Notes under the pieces: model-generated | What the model was told of the DNA's origin: nothing | Database searches by the model: none | Seen by the model: the letters and a program-made list of their open reading frames with translations, nothing else | From: a virus | Lineage: Duplodnaviria; Caudoviricetes | Virus record (IMG/VR): IMGVR_UViG_3300037991_008248 | Coordinates: 1-24,881 of that record | Direction: 5' to 3' (one strand) | Length of the DNA stretch: 24,881 bases | Shown: piece after piece, positions 1 to 9,058 of the stretch | Layout: every line of letters starts with the position of its first letter | Numbering within the stretch: the stretch's first letter is position 1 | Program-made: the position numbers and the translations under genes

Positions 1-1
1 T

Positions 2-133
2 GAGCAGACCGAAATAGTGTATCATGCGTGTGAATGGGACAAAAACTTTTTATCAGACAGTGCCACAAGCGAACTAATAGACTTTTTACACAAAAGTAAA
101 GAAAAAAAATTCTGTTTCTTAGGAGAAATGTAA
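2..133 (+). CDS. 3' end of a CDS truncated by the window edge (unknown function, possibly glycan-related)
   Basis: Open frame EQTEIVYHACEWDKNFLSDSATSELIDFLHKSKEKKFCFLGEM*. Its TAA (131-133) abuts the next ATG at 134. Confidence 0.6.
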   Translation, partial: EQTEIVYHACEWDKNFLSDSATSELIDFLHKSKEKKFCFLGEM

Positions 134-793
134 ATGGGAAAATCAGATCCATATGTTTTCAACACATACAAACAATTTTTTAATTACTACAGCAGCTTAA
201 AAAACGTAAGTAATCAATTTGAATCGGTATGTTTTTTAGGACAAGACAAAGATAACGGTTTCACAAAAATTATAGAAGCAAAAAACAGAGATTTCTTTGA
301 CATAAGCCTAGAAAACTGGAATATAAACGAGTTTCCTTACAACTTTGAGAGAAAGTATGACTTAATTGTGTGCACACGTTGTCCTTATTTTTGCAATGAT
401 CCTTCTCGTTTTTTAAATGAATTGTCAATCTTTTTAAACCCGGGTGGTAGAATCTTTTTAGACTGGGGTCTTGGTGATCACCTTAGGTATGATAAATTTA
501 GAGTAGGTTTCCAAGATGAAAACGAAAAAGAGCAATGTTATTTCGAAGGAAATTATATGTCATCTTGTCTTTGGGATGATGAATTCATGAATCAAGACGG
601 AACAAAAATATTTAATGATAGAATAAAAAAATATGGATATGAAGACTTAAATGAAGCAATATATAAAGAAGTTCCTAATGTAATAAACATAAACGACTTG
701 AAAGAAAACTTCGTCAATATATCAACTTTCTGCTTTCCTTTGTGGGAAGAAATGCCTCAACTTTATATTATTGTGCAAGGAACTAAAAAATGA
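134..793 (+). CDS. Putative class I SAM-dependent methyltransferase (divergent)
   Basis: YDLIVCTR (motif II-like) and LNPGGRIF (motif III). Motif I is degenerate (VCFLGQ). AGGAG lies upstream at 121-125. Confidence 0.6.
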   Translation: MGKSDPYVFNTYKQFFNYYSSLKNVSNQFESVCFLGQDKDNGFTKIIEAKNRDFFDISLENWNINEFPYNFERKYDLIVCTRCPYFCNDPSRFLNELSIFLNPGGRIFLDWGLGDHLRYDKFRVGFQDENEKEQCYFEGNYMSSCLWDDEFMNQDGTKIFNDRIKKYGYEDLNEAIYKEVPNVININDLKENFVNISTFCFPLWEEMPQLYIIVQGTKK

Positions 794-1902
794 TAGCTTT
801 TTACTTTACAGGGATTGTCGATTTTCAAGACATGACATCGACACTCTTTGAGACGATTAGAAGAGGTCATAAAGTATGGATATGTTTTTTTGATTGTTTG
901 TACAAGAAGCGTCAGTTTTACTACTACAGTCGCGAAGAGTTAGTAAATTTTGTAATTGACACTTTAAGGCATAACGGATTACAAGTCCCAGAAATTGACT
1001 ACTTTGGCCAAGATGATCAATTAAAGTTTGAAAAAGTATTTGAGAAACGAAGACCCACACTTGCTTTCATGCAGGGTGTTTGGCACAAGTACCCTACTTG
1101 GATTCCACGTGTTCCAGATAAAGTTGTTCACTTTACATGGAGTTATGACACCATACACACATACCATAAAAGCCCATACAAAAACAACATAGTCTTAAAT
1201 GTCGCGAGATACAAAATTGACGAAGAATTTTTAAAGAATCATGGCGTAAAAAATTGCCGATATTTTGGAAATTTCAGACTAAGTCAACTAAAATATAAGA
1301 GTAACTCATTTGCTAATAATATGACGTCGAATATTCTCAATAAAAAAGTCTGCTTCATACCAGAAAGATGGTTTAGAAAAGAAGAAAACGAAACTGAACT
1401 CATCAGTAAAATTCAAAACATATTAATTTTTTTGAAAAATCAAGGATATACAATTGTCTGGAAGAGAAGAGAAAAAGGTCACCCATTTAACGAGAGTCAC
1501 ACGATTCTTTACAAGTTAAGTAAAGAAGCAAAACCACAAATCGTCATTGAAAGAGATTTATATTTTCCAAGTGCAATGATGTCATTCTTTGAAAAGTCAA
1601 ACCTAGTTTTGTTATTAGGTATAACTACATCTTTTGTTGATAGCGCATATATTAAAGATTGTGATAATGTCATTGTTTACAATTCTGATCCAACTCACAT
1701 ATATAATAAATTTGCATTGGACACGCTTAAAATAGAAGGAGCTGGTGATGTGACTATAATCACTGGTAACGTTGAAAATATAAAAAGAGAAGTGCTAAAA
1801 ATAAAAGATAAAAATACCACAAATAAAGATTTTAAAAAATGCGGCGAGATAAATGCAGACATAAATCTTTTGAATTATCTTGAATCAAGCAACATTATGT
1901 AG
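790..1902 (+). CDS. Putative GT-B fold glycosyltransferase / surface carbohydrate biosynthesis protein
   Basis: 370 aa with a two-Rossmann-domain-like pattern. Motifs YFGNFRL, IVWKRREKGHP and LVLLLGITTSFVDS resemble the HP and S/T-S/T motifs of CMP-ulosonate transferases. ATGA overlap with the upstream gene. Confidence 0.45.
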   Translation: MIAFYFTGIVDFQDMTSTLFETIRRGHKVWICFFDCLYKKRQFYYYSREELVNFVIDTLRHNGLQVPEIDYFGQDDQLKFEKVFEKRRPTLAFMQGVWHKYPTWIPRVPDKVVHFTWSYDTIHTYHKSPYKNNIVLNVARYKIDEEFLKNHGVKNCRYFGNFRLSQLKYKSNSFANNMTSNILNKKVCFIPERWFRKEENETELISKIQNILIFLKNQGYTIVWKRREKGHPFNESHTILYKLSKEAKPQIVIERDLYFPSAMMSFFEKSNLVLLLGITTSFVDSAYIKDCDNVIVYNSDPTHIYNKFALDTLKIEGAGDVTIITGNVENIKREVLKIKDKNTTNKDFKKCGEINADINLLNYLESSNIM

Positions 1903-1931
1903 TTGTACACTTTGCATAAATTTAGTATAAT
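1903..1931 (+). promoter_or_regulatory. Sigma70-type promoter
   Basis: TTGTAC (1903-1908), 17-bp spacer, perfect TATAAT (1926-1931), inside a 35-bp intergenic gap. Confidence 0.7.
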
Positions 1932-1937
1932 AAAAGC

Positions 1938-2273
1938 ATGATACGAATAGCATTTGATTTAGACAATACTCTTGCATCGCAAGGCTCACCAAAAGAAAAC
2001 TACAGAGATTCAGTTCTACGCGAAGAAATGATCGAGCTAGTTAATAAGCTGTATGACAAAGGTCATGAAATTTATATTTTCACTGCCCGCCATTTTAAAC
2101 ATTTTAAGTATACAGACGAAACCTTAAAAAAATCAGGACTAAAGTATACTGGCTTAGTAATGAATAAAATAAACTGTGATTTATTTGTGGATGACAGAGG
2201 TTTCCGGTGGGAAGAAGGAAGGAGTAAAGATCTAATCACACTTATACAGGAATTACAGAAAAATGAAAAATAA
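1938..2273 (+). CDS. Small HAD-superfamily phosphatase (capsule biosynthesis phosphatase EcbF/BcbF-like)
   Basis: Motif I FDLDNT, motif II FTAR, motif III Lys (MNK), motif IV FVDDR. Capless, 111 aa. Confidence 0.8.
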   Translation: MIRIAFDLDNTLASQGSPKENYRDSVLREEMIELVNKLYDKGHEIYIFTARHFKHFKYTDETLKKSGLKYTGLVMNKINCDLFVDDRGFRWEEGRSKDLITLIQELQKNEK

Positions 2274-3048
2274 TTACAACTTTAAGCTAATAGCCGGACC
2301 TTGTGTCGTTGAAGATGAAAAAACAGTTTTTGAAACATCAAAATTTCTTAAGAAAGTATGCGCGGACAACAATATTGAATTAATATTTAAGAGTTCTTAC
2401 AAAAAAGCTAACAGAACAAAATATGATTCTTTCACCGGTATCGAACCATTAAGGGCACTTGAGATTCTAAAAGCTGTCAAGGATGATTTAAACATACCTG
2501 TAATAACTGACATTCATGAGACAAAAGATGTAGAAATGGTAAGAAATTATGTAAGTCATGTGCAAATACCTGCCTTTTTATGTCGCCAAACAGATCTTTT
2601 AATAGCAGCGGGTGAGTCAGGTCTAACAGTAAACATTAAGAAAGGTCAATTTGCATCTCATGCAACAATGGAGCATGCTTATGACAAAGTAAAACAGACA
2701 GGCAATGATAAGATACTTATAACAGAGCGAGGTAATACATTTGGTTACTCAGACTTAGTAGTTGACATTACCAATGTCCCAAAGCTGAAATTATTTTGCG
2801 ATGATGTTTTTGTCGACTGCACACACAGTCTTCAAAAGCCTAATCAGAGGGCTGGTGTGACAGGAGGGGATCCTAAGCTAATATCCACGATGTGTTATGC
2901 CTCTATAGCAGCTGGAGCCACCGGTCTTTTTATTGAAACTCATCCAAACCCGAGTGAAGCCTTAAGTGATAGTCTATCAATGCTACCACTGCGGGAGATT
3001 GAGTCTATAATTAATAAATCTGTAAAAATCAAACAAGCGATCAGTTAA
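2263..3048 (+). CDS. kdsA: 3-deoxy-D-manno-octulosonate 8-phosphate (KDO8P) synthase, metal-dependent class
   Basis: IAGPC, KANRT, TDIHE, QIPAFLCRQTDLL, NIKKGQF, TERG, DCTHSLQ, FIETHP and ALSD. Metal ligands Cys/His/Glu/Asp are all present. Confidence 0.95.
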   Translation: MKNNYNFKLIAGPCVVEDEKTVFETSKFLKKVCADNNIELIFKSSYKKANRTKYDSFTGIEPLRALEILKAVKDDLNIPVITDIHETKDVEMVRNYVSHVQIPAFLCRQTDLLIAAGESGLTVNIKKGQFASHATMEHAYDKVKQTGNDKILITERGNTFGYSDLVVDITNVPKLKLFCDDVFVDCTHSLQKPNQRAGVTGGDPKLISTMCYASIAAGATGLFIETHPNPSEALSDSLSMLPLREIESIINKSVKIKQAIS

Positions 3049-3624
3049 ATGTACGACAAACACCTAGAAGACTTTAATCAATCAGTTAAACTATTACCTA
3101 CTGGTGAAAAAATTTTAAAAGCCATAGATACTTTTTGCAATCACAAAAGAGTAATATTCTGCACGATGGGTAAAAGTGCTTTTGCATGCAGAAAAATAGT
3201 ATATACGGCTAGATCTTACGGCCTAAGCTGGCATGACTTAGACGTGTGCCATGCTTTTCACGGAGATGCTGGATTGATCAAAGAAGGTGACTTACTTGTT
3301 TTTGTTTCAAAGTCAGGAGAAACAAAAGAAACAATCGAGGTTGCCAAATATTTCGAAAAATGGGAAACTGTATCTGTCACGAGCGATGAGAAGTCTTCTT
3401 TAACAAAGTTGTGTAAAAATAATATTCACATCCCTGTAGAAAAAGAATCTTCACCGTTTGGCTACGCACCCATGATATCAACTACTTTGTATATGATATG
3501 TTTGCACGGTATATTATGTGAGACAGTTATAAGAAGAAAATGTTCAATACAAGATTACCAAAGAAACCACCCAGCAGGTTCAATTGGTAAAAAAATTATT
3601 AAGGATAGAGAGGGAAAGAAATGA
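3049..3624 (+). CDS. kdsD: SIS-domain arabinose-5-phosphate isomerase (KdsD/KpsF-like) without CBS domains
   Basis: MGKS, AFHGDAG, SKSGET, APMIST and HPAGSIG motifs. The protein ends just after HPxGxxG, so there is no CBS pair. Confidence 0.85.
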   Translation: MYDKHLEDFNQSVKLLPTGEKILKAIDTFCNHKRVIFCTMGKSAFACRKIVYTARSYGLSWHDLDVCHAFHGDAGLIKEGDLLVFVSKSGETKETIEVAKYFEKWETVSVTSDEKSSLTKLCKNNIHIPVEKESSPFGYAPMISTTLYMICLHGILCETVIRRKCSIQDYQRNHPAGSIGKKIIKDREGKK

Positions 3625-4292
3625 AAGATCTAGTATTTTTAATGCCAATAAAAATAAACTCAACTAGGCTTAAAAATAAAAGCATTAAAAATTTATTAGG
3701 GCGACCATTATTTTGTTGGAGTTTGGAAACACTGGATAAACTAGATGTCCCCATTTATGTTTTCTCAAGCGATTGTGAGCTTCTTAAGAAAAAGATAGAC
3801 TTTGATAGTAAAAATATATTTTTTTTAGACAGAGATAAAAGATTTGATCATGATGATGTTTTAGGAATCCAAATATACAAGGAGTTTAGAAAAATCATTC
3901 CTGCTGATAATTACATTTTAACTCACTGCACGTCCCCATTTATAAAGCTCTCTAGTTACCAGCGTTCAATAGACTTTCTGTGCAAAGATAACTTCGAATC
4001 AGTAGTTTCTGTAAGTAAAATTAAAACTTTTTGTTGGTTCAATGATGAAAAAATCAATTTTTCTTTACCTAGGCCTAAGACACAGGATCTTTTGCCTGTG
4101 CTTGTTGAAACATCTGGAATATACGGTTACAAGAACAAAGTATTAGATTCTAACGCAAGAACATCAGACAGTTGTAAAACTATCATACTGAACAATTTCG
4201 AGTCAATTGACATCGACGATAAAGATGATTTTGAGTATGCTGAAATGTTACTCCGTCAATCTTTAAATAAAAAGGAAAATAGAAATGATTAA
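3621..4292 (+). CDS. Acylneuraminate/ulosonate cytidylyltransferase (NeuA-like, CTP_transf_3)
   Basis: PIKINSTRLKNKSIKNLLGRPL, HCTSPF, ETSGIY and SIDIDDKDDF motifs. Confidence 0.85.
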   Translation: MKDLVFLMPIKINSTRLKNKSIKNLLGRPLFCWSLETLDKLDVPIYVFSSDCELLKKKIDFDSKNIFFLDRDKRFDHDDVLGIQIYKEFRKIIPADNYILTHCTSPFIKLSSYQRSIDFLCKDNFESVVSVSKIKTFCWFNDEKINFSLPRPKTQDLLPVLVETSGIYGYKNKVLDSNARTSDSCKTIILNNFESIDIDDKDDFEYAEMLLRQSLNKKENRND

Positions 4293-5199
4293 AAAATGTT
4301 ACTTATGTGAATCAATAAACATCGCGTGCATTCCAACCAAAATAAGAGATGTCGATGTAAAACCCGAATTAGATTTTAAAATTTTAAAATGCAATGATTG
4401 CGATTTTGTATTCTTGTCACATCACGATCACATTGTTGAAGGAGACTTTTACGAAAACTCAAAAATGTTAAAAAATGATAGGTTTTTAAGTAAACAACAA
4501 ATTACTAATTTTGAAAAATTTGAATCTTGGAAAAAGAATGCAAATTTTGACGACGAACGAAGAAAAAATATGTTAGTCGATAGTGTCGCAAACAAGTCTG
4601 TATTAGACTATGGTTGCGGGGCGGGTGGCTTTATAAATAAGATTAATCAATTTTGCAACTCAGTAGCAGGGGTTGAACCTGACACTCATTTAATATACTA
4701 CTTAAAAAATAGCTTTGTAGATCTTGACATACCGGTTTATCATAATCTAGACAACGTGAGTAAAAAATTTGACTTCATAACATGTTTTCATGTCATGGAA
4801 CATATCAAAGATCCAATATCAGAATTAAAGAATCTTAAAAAAAATTTAAAAGATTGTGGTAAAATAATTATTGAGGTTCCCAATATTAATGACGCACTAC
4901 TTGATTTATATGACATTCAAGATTTTAGAGACTGGTATTTTTGGACATGTCACCTATACTATTACAGTCAGAAAAGCCTAAGAGCTATTGGAGAAAAAGC
5001 AGGTTACAAAGTTGACTATGTAAAACAAATCCAAAGATTTCCACTATCAAATCACATACACTGGCTACAGAAAAACAAACCAAACGGTCACAAAATTTAC
5101 GACTTTTTAAACAACGATCATCTAAATGAGGCATACAGTAATACACTATCTGCTGTGGGAATGTGTGATACTTTAATTATGAGGCTATCAAATGAATAA
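4285..5199 (+). CDS. Class I SAM methyltransferase with N-terminal zinc-ribbon
   Basis: CYLC...CNDC, VLDYGCGAG, GVEP, FDFITCFHVMEH and IEVPN motifs. Confidence 0.85.
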   Translation: MIKKCYLCESINIACIPTKIRDVDVKPELDFKILKCNDCDFVFLSHHDHIVEGDFYENSKMLKNDRFLSKQQITNFEKFESWKKNANFDDERRKNMLVDSVANKSVLDYGCGAGGFINKINQFCNSVAGVEPDTHLIYYLKNSFVDLDIPVYHNLDNVSKKFDFITCFHVMEHIKDPISELKNLKKNLKDCGKIIIEVPNINDALLDLYDIQDFRDWYFWTCHLYYYSQKSLRAIGEKAGYKVDYVKQIQRFPLSNHIHWLQKNKPNGHKIYDFLNNDHLNEAYSNTLSAVGMCDTLIMRLSNE

Positions 5200-5992
5200 A
5201 AATAAAATACACATAACAGTTTTTTCAACAGGTGAAAGAACAGAAAAATTAGCCCTGTACGCAATTGATCGCTTAGGTTTTAAGCATATTAACTTAATTT
5301 CTGATCCAAAAACTTCTTTTGCACAAAAGTTTAAAGAATTTGTTGAAACTGCATACAGAAATATTGATCGATTTGACTACTTTTTAAGGTCAGACGCAGA
5401 TGAAATTATATATGACAATGTTTTCAAATTTATTGATGAAGCCATTAAAAATGAAGAATTTTTATTTGCACATGGATTTTTTATCGATGCTTTCATGAAA
5501 AAGCCAAGGGGAGGAGGACCCAAGTTGTTTTCAAAAAAAGCAATCATAAAAATGAGAGACAACATATCATCAATCAAAGAGTGTCCTAAACCTGAGTCTT
5601 ACTTTATTAAGTTAGTCACTGGACAAAAATATCCATACTTCATGACTGTATACGAAGCGACTTGCTTGCACGAGTATGAACAACATCCAAGTAAAGTTTC
5701 AAATTCTTTCTTAAACAGACTCAAAAGAAACCACACACATTTGTACGATTTACAAGAACTGTTAAATAGAAAAGACATATATGAGAATTCATTTACTAAC
5801 GCAATTAAAATTTTTAAAGGTAAAACAGTTGATAATAATAGTTCTAAGTTTGTTGATATGAACTTCTTAGACACTAGCGCTTATGAAAGATTTCTAAATG
5901 TAAAAAAAGATATCCCTCAAGAAAGCTTTGAAACAATTTATGAAAAACTAAGAATAGTATTTAACCACAGAAAAACAGAAGTTAGAAAATGA
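5192..5992 (+). CDS. Putative GT-A fold glycosyltransferase
   Basis: N-terminal beta strand IHITVFS and a DxD motif in FLRSDADE. Sits inside the glycan cluster. Confidence 0.5.
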   Translation: MNKNKIHITVFSTGERTEKLALYAIDRLGFKHINLISDPKTSFAQKFKEFVETAYRNIDRFDYFLRSDADEIIYDNVFKFIDEAIKNEEFLFAHGFFIDAFMKKPRGGGPKLFSKKAIIKMRDNISSIKECPKPESYFIKLVTGQKYPYFMTVYEATCLHEYEQHPSKVSNSFLNRLKRNHTHLYDLQELLNRKDIYENSFTNAIKIFKGKTVDNNSSKFVDMNFLDTSAYERFLNVKKDIPQESFETIYEKLRIVFNHRKTEVRK

Positions 5993-7530
5993 AAATATAT
6001 TTTATGGGCCATGCTAGTTTTTTAGTACAAACTGAAGAGACAAACTTGCTAATTGATCCATGGTTCTCAAATACCGGAGCATTTTTAAGATCTTGGTACC
6101 AGTTTCCTAAAAATCACCACATGCTAGAATTTGTAATATCACAGTTTAAACTTAGAACAAAAAACTACATATATGTAACTCACGAACACGAAGATCACTT
6201 TGATGTTAAAACCCTTAAAGTTCTTAGTGATCACTGTAATAACTTACTGATACCTAATTATGAAAATAAAAAACTATACGATGCTGCTGTAAATCTAGGG
6301 TTTGTTAATGTCAGTTGCCTAGGTGAAGAAGAAAACAATACTATAGCAGATTTAAAAGTTAACATTTTTATACAGGAAACTGCCATTAATAATGACTCAG
6401 CAATTTTAGTTGAAAATTCTAACAATTGCAAGTTTTTGAATTTAAATGATTGTAAAATTCACGATAGAATTGACTATGTATTAAGCAAATATGGAAAGAT
6501 TGACGTGCTGACACAACAATATTCTGGTGCATCGATGCACCCAGTGACATACGATTATAATTCAAATGAGTATAAAAAGATATCTCTAAAGAAAAGAAAG
6601 ACAAAAATGCAAGGTGTGGTTAACGTAGTAAAGACATTAGAGCCGAAAATATTTATACCATCCGCCGGTCCTCCAGTTTTCTTGAGAGAAGATTTATTTA
6701 ATTTAAACTTTGAAGACAGCTCAACCTTTCCAATGTTCTGGCAGTTTCAGGAGTATTTCCAAAAAAGAATTAGCAACTGTGAGTTTGTACCTCTTAATGT
6801 GAAAGGTTGTATCGATTTACAAAATCAACGAATTTTCAATGTTATGAAAAAGTTAACACCTGATGAAGTTAAATCAGTTTTAATAGATTATCGTAATGAC
6901 TTTGTCGAATATTCATCTCAAGAATGTAAAGAAAATATATTTCTTGAATTATATAAAAATCTTGAAAGAAAAGTGTCTGTTTTAAAAACAAACAATTCTT
7001 TACAAATCAACGAAGATGATATTCATCATATTTATTTTACATCTGATCACAAAAAATACATAAAAGTTGATATGGTAAACGGCACGATTTGTTTTACAGA
7101 CAGAATTGAAAATGATTCCTTCTATTGTCATACATATAAAGACTTCTTCATTGGGAAAGTACTTGCAAAAAAATGTTCATGGTCTTCTTATTTTTTGAGC
7201 TTTATGTTTAAGAACAAGAGAACACCAAATAAATATAATACGACAATAGAAGCATTCTTAATTAGCGATGACGAAAAAGATTTTAAATCTTCTCTAGGGG
7301 AGATAATCAAACTTAAGGAAAATAAAGAGAAGATTAAACTACACGACAAAGAATCAGGTACGACGTATGAGTGTAGTAGATACTGCCCACATCAAGGCGC
7401 TGATTTAAAGTATGCTTTAATAAAAAATGGAAAAGTCATTTGCCCAAGACACGGTTGGGAATTTGATCTCGAAAATGAAGGACAATGTCATTTAAATAAT
7501 TTTACTTTGGACAGTAAAATTATAAACTAA
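5989..7530 (+). CDS. Metallo-beta-lactamase-fold protein with C-terminal Rieske [2Fe-2S] domain (CMAH-like / Rv3818-like)
   Basis: MBL motifs GHASFL, IDPW, THEHEDHFD, DSAI, NLND, QYSGA and PSAGPP. Rieske motifs CPHQG...CPRHGW. Confidence 0.85.
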   Translation: MKIYFMGHASFLVQTEETNLLIDPWFSNTGAFLRSWYQFPKNHHMLEFVISQFKLRTKNYIYVTHEHEDHFDVKTLKVLSDHCNNLLIPNYENKKLYDAAVNLGFVNVSCLGEEENNTIADLKVNIFIQETAINNDSAILVENSNNCKFLNLNDCKIHDRIDYVLSKYGKIDVLTQQYSGASMHPVTYDYNSNEYKKISLKKRKTKMQGVVNVVKTLEPKIFIPSAGPPVFLREDLFNLNFEDSSTFPMFWQFQEYFQKRISNCEFVPLNVKGCIDLQNQRIFNVMKKLTPDEVKSVLIDYRNDFVEYSSQECKENIFLELYKNLERKVSVLKTNNSLQINEDDIHHIYFTSDHKKYIKVDMVNGTICFTDRIENDSFYCHTYKDFFIGKVLAKKCSWSSYFLSFMFKNKRTPNKYNTTIEAFLISDDEKDFKSSLGEIIKLKENKEKIKLHDKESGTTYECSRYCPHQGADLKYALIKNGKVICPRHGWEFDLENEGQCHLNNFTLDSKIIN

Positions 7531-7551
7531 TTAAGTAGGAGAAGGTAAAAA

Positions 7552-8409
7552 GTGAAAATAGGAATTATAGGAAACGGTTTTGTCGGTTCAGCAATTATGC
7601 ATGGTTTTATTCTCCATGTTGACGATATTATGATATATGATAAAGATCCTAAAAGATCAACACATTCAATGGCAGACTTAGCGAACGATGCAAACGTAAT
7701 ATTTGTTTGTGTACCGACACCAATGTTTGAGTCTGGAGAATGTGATCTGACGATTGTTGAATCTGTTGTAGAAGAATTAGCACAGTATGAATGCATGAAA
7801 CAGAAAGTAGTTGTCATTAAATCAACTGTAGTACCTGGAACTACTGAAAATTTAGCATCTAAATTCCCAGAATTAAATTTTGTCTTTAATCCTGAATTCT
7901 TGACAGAAAGAAGAGCAAGATTAGATTTTATTAATACCTCAAGAATTGTACTGGGAAGCAACAAACCGTTGGCAAACAATATCGTTGAAAAACTATACAG
8001 AGTAAGATTTCCCCACACAAAAATAATCAAGACGGATTTTGGAACGGCACAGCTTATTAAATACATGGCAAACTGTTTCTTCGCAACAAAAGTGTCTTTT
8101 ATGAATGAAATGTATCAAATTTGTGAAGCCATTGATGGTAATTGGGATGAAGCGATAGAAGGTTTCATAACAGACGGTAGAATTGGAAATTCACATATTG
8201 ACGTCCCTGGACACGATGGAGACTTTGGTTTCGGAGGAAAATGTTTTCCTAAAGATTTAAATGCCATGATAAAAAGAGCAGAGGAACTTGGAATATCTCC
8301 TGATGTGATGAAAGGGGCTTGGAATAAAAATCAACAAGTAAGGAAAGAATTAGACTGGTATGATATTCCTGGTGCAGTAAGTTTAAAATTAAAAAAAGGA
8401 AATTCTTAA
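7552..8409 (+). CDS. ugd: UDP-glucose/GDP-mannose dehydrogenase family protein, short form lacking the C-terminal domain
   Basis: GNGFVG, CVPTP, KSTVVPGTT, NPEFL, KYMAN and GFGGKCFPKD motifs. GTG start with AGGAG/AAGG upstream. Confidence 0.88.
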   Translation: MKIGIIGNGFVGSAIMHGFILHVDDIMIYDKDPKRSTHSMADLANDANVIFVCVPTPMFESGECDLTIVESVVEELAQYECMKQKVVVIKSTVVPGTTENLASKFPELNFVFNPEFLTERRARLDFINTSRIVLGSNKPLANNIVEKLYRVRFPHTKIIKTDFGTAQLIKYMANCFFATKVSFMNEMYQICEAIDGNWDEAIEGFITDGRIGNSHIDVPGHDGDFGFGGKCFPKDLNAMIKRAEELGISPDVMKGAWNKNQQVRKELDWYDIPGAVSLKLKKGNS

Positions 8410-8410
8410 A

Positions 8411-9058
8411 ATGAAAAGGTTTTTTAATAATATTAGTGTTAATAGTAAAGAGTTTGAGCAACACGTTGCTAGAGAGGCTAAAAAACATTCAGCAAAACAT
8501 AAGCGAAAAACTACAAGATCTAAATCAGCTTTAATGAGCCATTTTTTTGATAAAATATCAAGTGAATATTTCACAGAAGTAAAGTCTGTGCTATGTGTAG
8601 GATGTCGAGATGAAATTGAAATTCAGATGTTTGAAGATAACAACATAGCAGGTACAGGTATTGATCCGGCAATAGAAACACCAAAGATAAAAAAAGTTCC
8701 TGCTGAGAAGATGTTGGAAGTATTTAATGAAAAAGAGTTTGATATAGTTTATTCTAGTCATTCTTTAGAACACGTTGCCATTCCCGAAGTTGTCTTAAGA
8801 AATATTAGAATCGTCAGTAAAAAAGGTTGCTATGTCATATTACCTCTCGAAGAAAGAAAAAGACCGGGTAACGATCACCCAAATATTTTCGATATATCTA
8901 AAAAAAGCAGCAATGCCACGAAAGAAGAATTGATAGAATGTCTAAGTGTAGATTTCAAGTCATTTGAACCTTACGAAGTTAAAGATGTATTTTATTATGA
9001 GTACAAAGACAAAAATTACGAACCTGAATTTCACATCTGTTTTGAATGGATTGACTAA
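8411..9058 (+). CDS. Class I SAM methyltransferase (Methyltransf_11-like)
   Basis: VLCVGCR, GID and FDIVYSSHSLEH motifs. Confidence 0.75.
   Translation: MKRFFNNISVNSKEFEQHVAREAKKHSAKHKRKTTRSKSALMSHFFDKISSEYFTEVKSVLCVGCRDEIEIQMFEDNNIAGTGIDPAIETPKIKKVPAEKMLEVFNEKEFDIVYSSHSLEHVAIPEVVLRNIRIVSKKGCYVILPLEERKRPGNDHPNIFDISKKSSNATKEELIECLSVDFKSFEPYEVKDVFYYEYKDKNYEPEFHICFEWID

Noticed and set aside
2263-3048. DAHP synthase
   Set aside because: The KANRT motif (not KPRT/S) and the adjacent A5P isomerase indicate KDO8P synthase.
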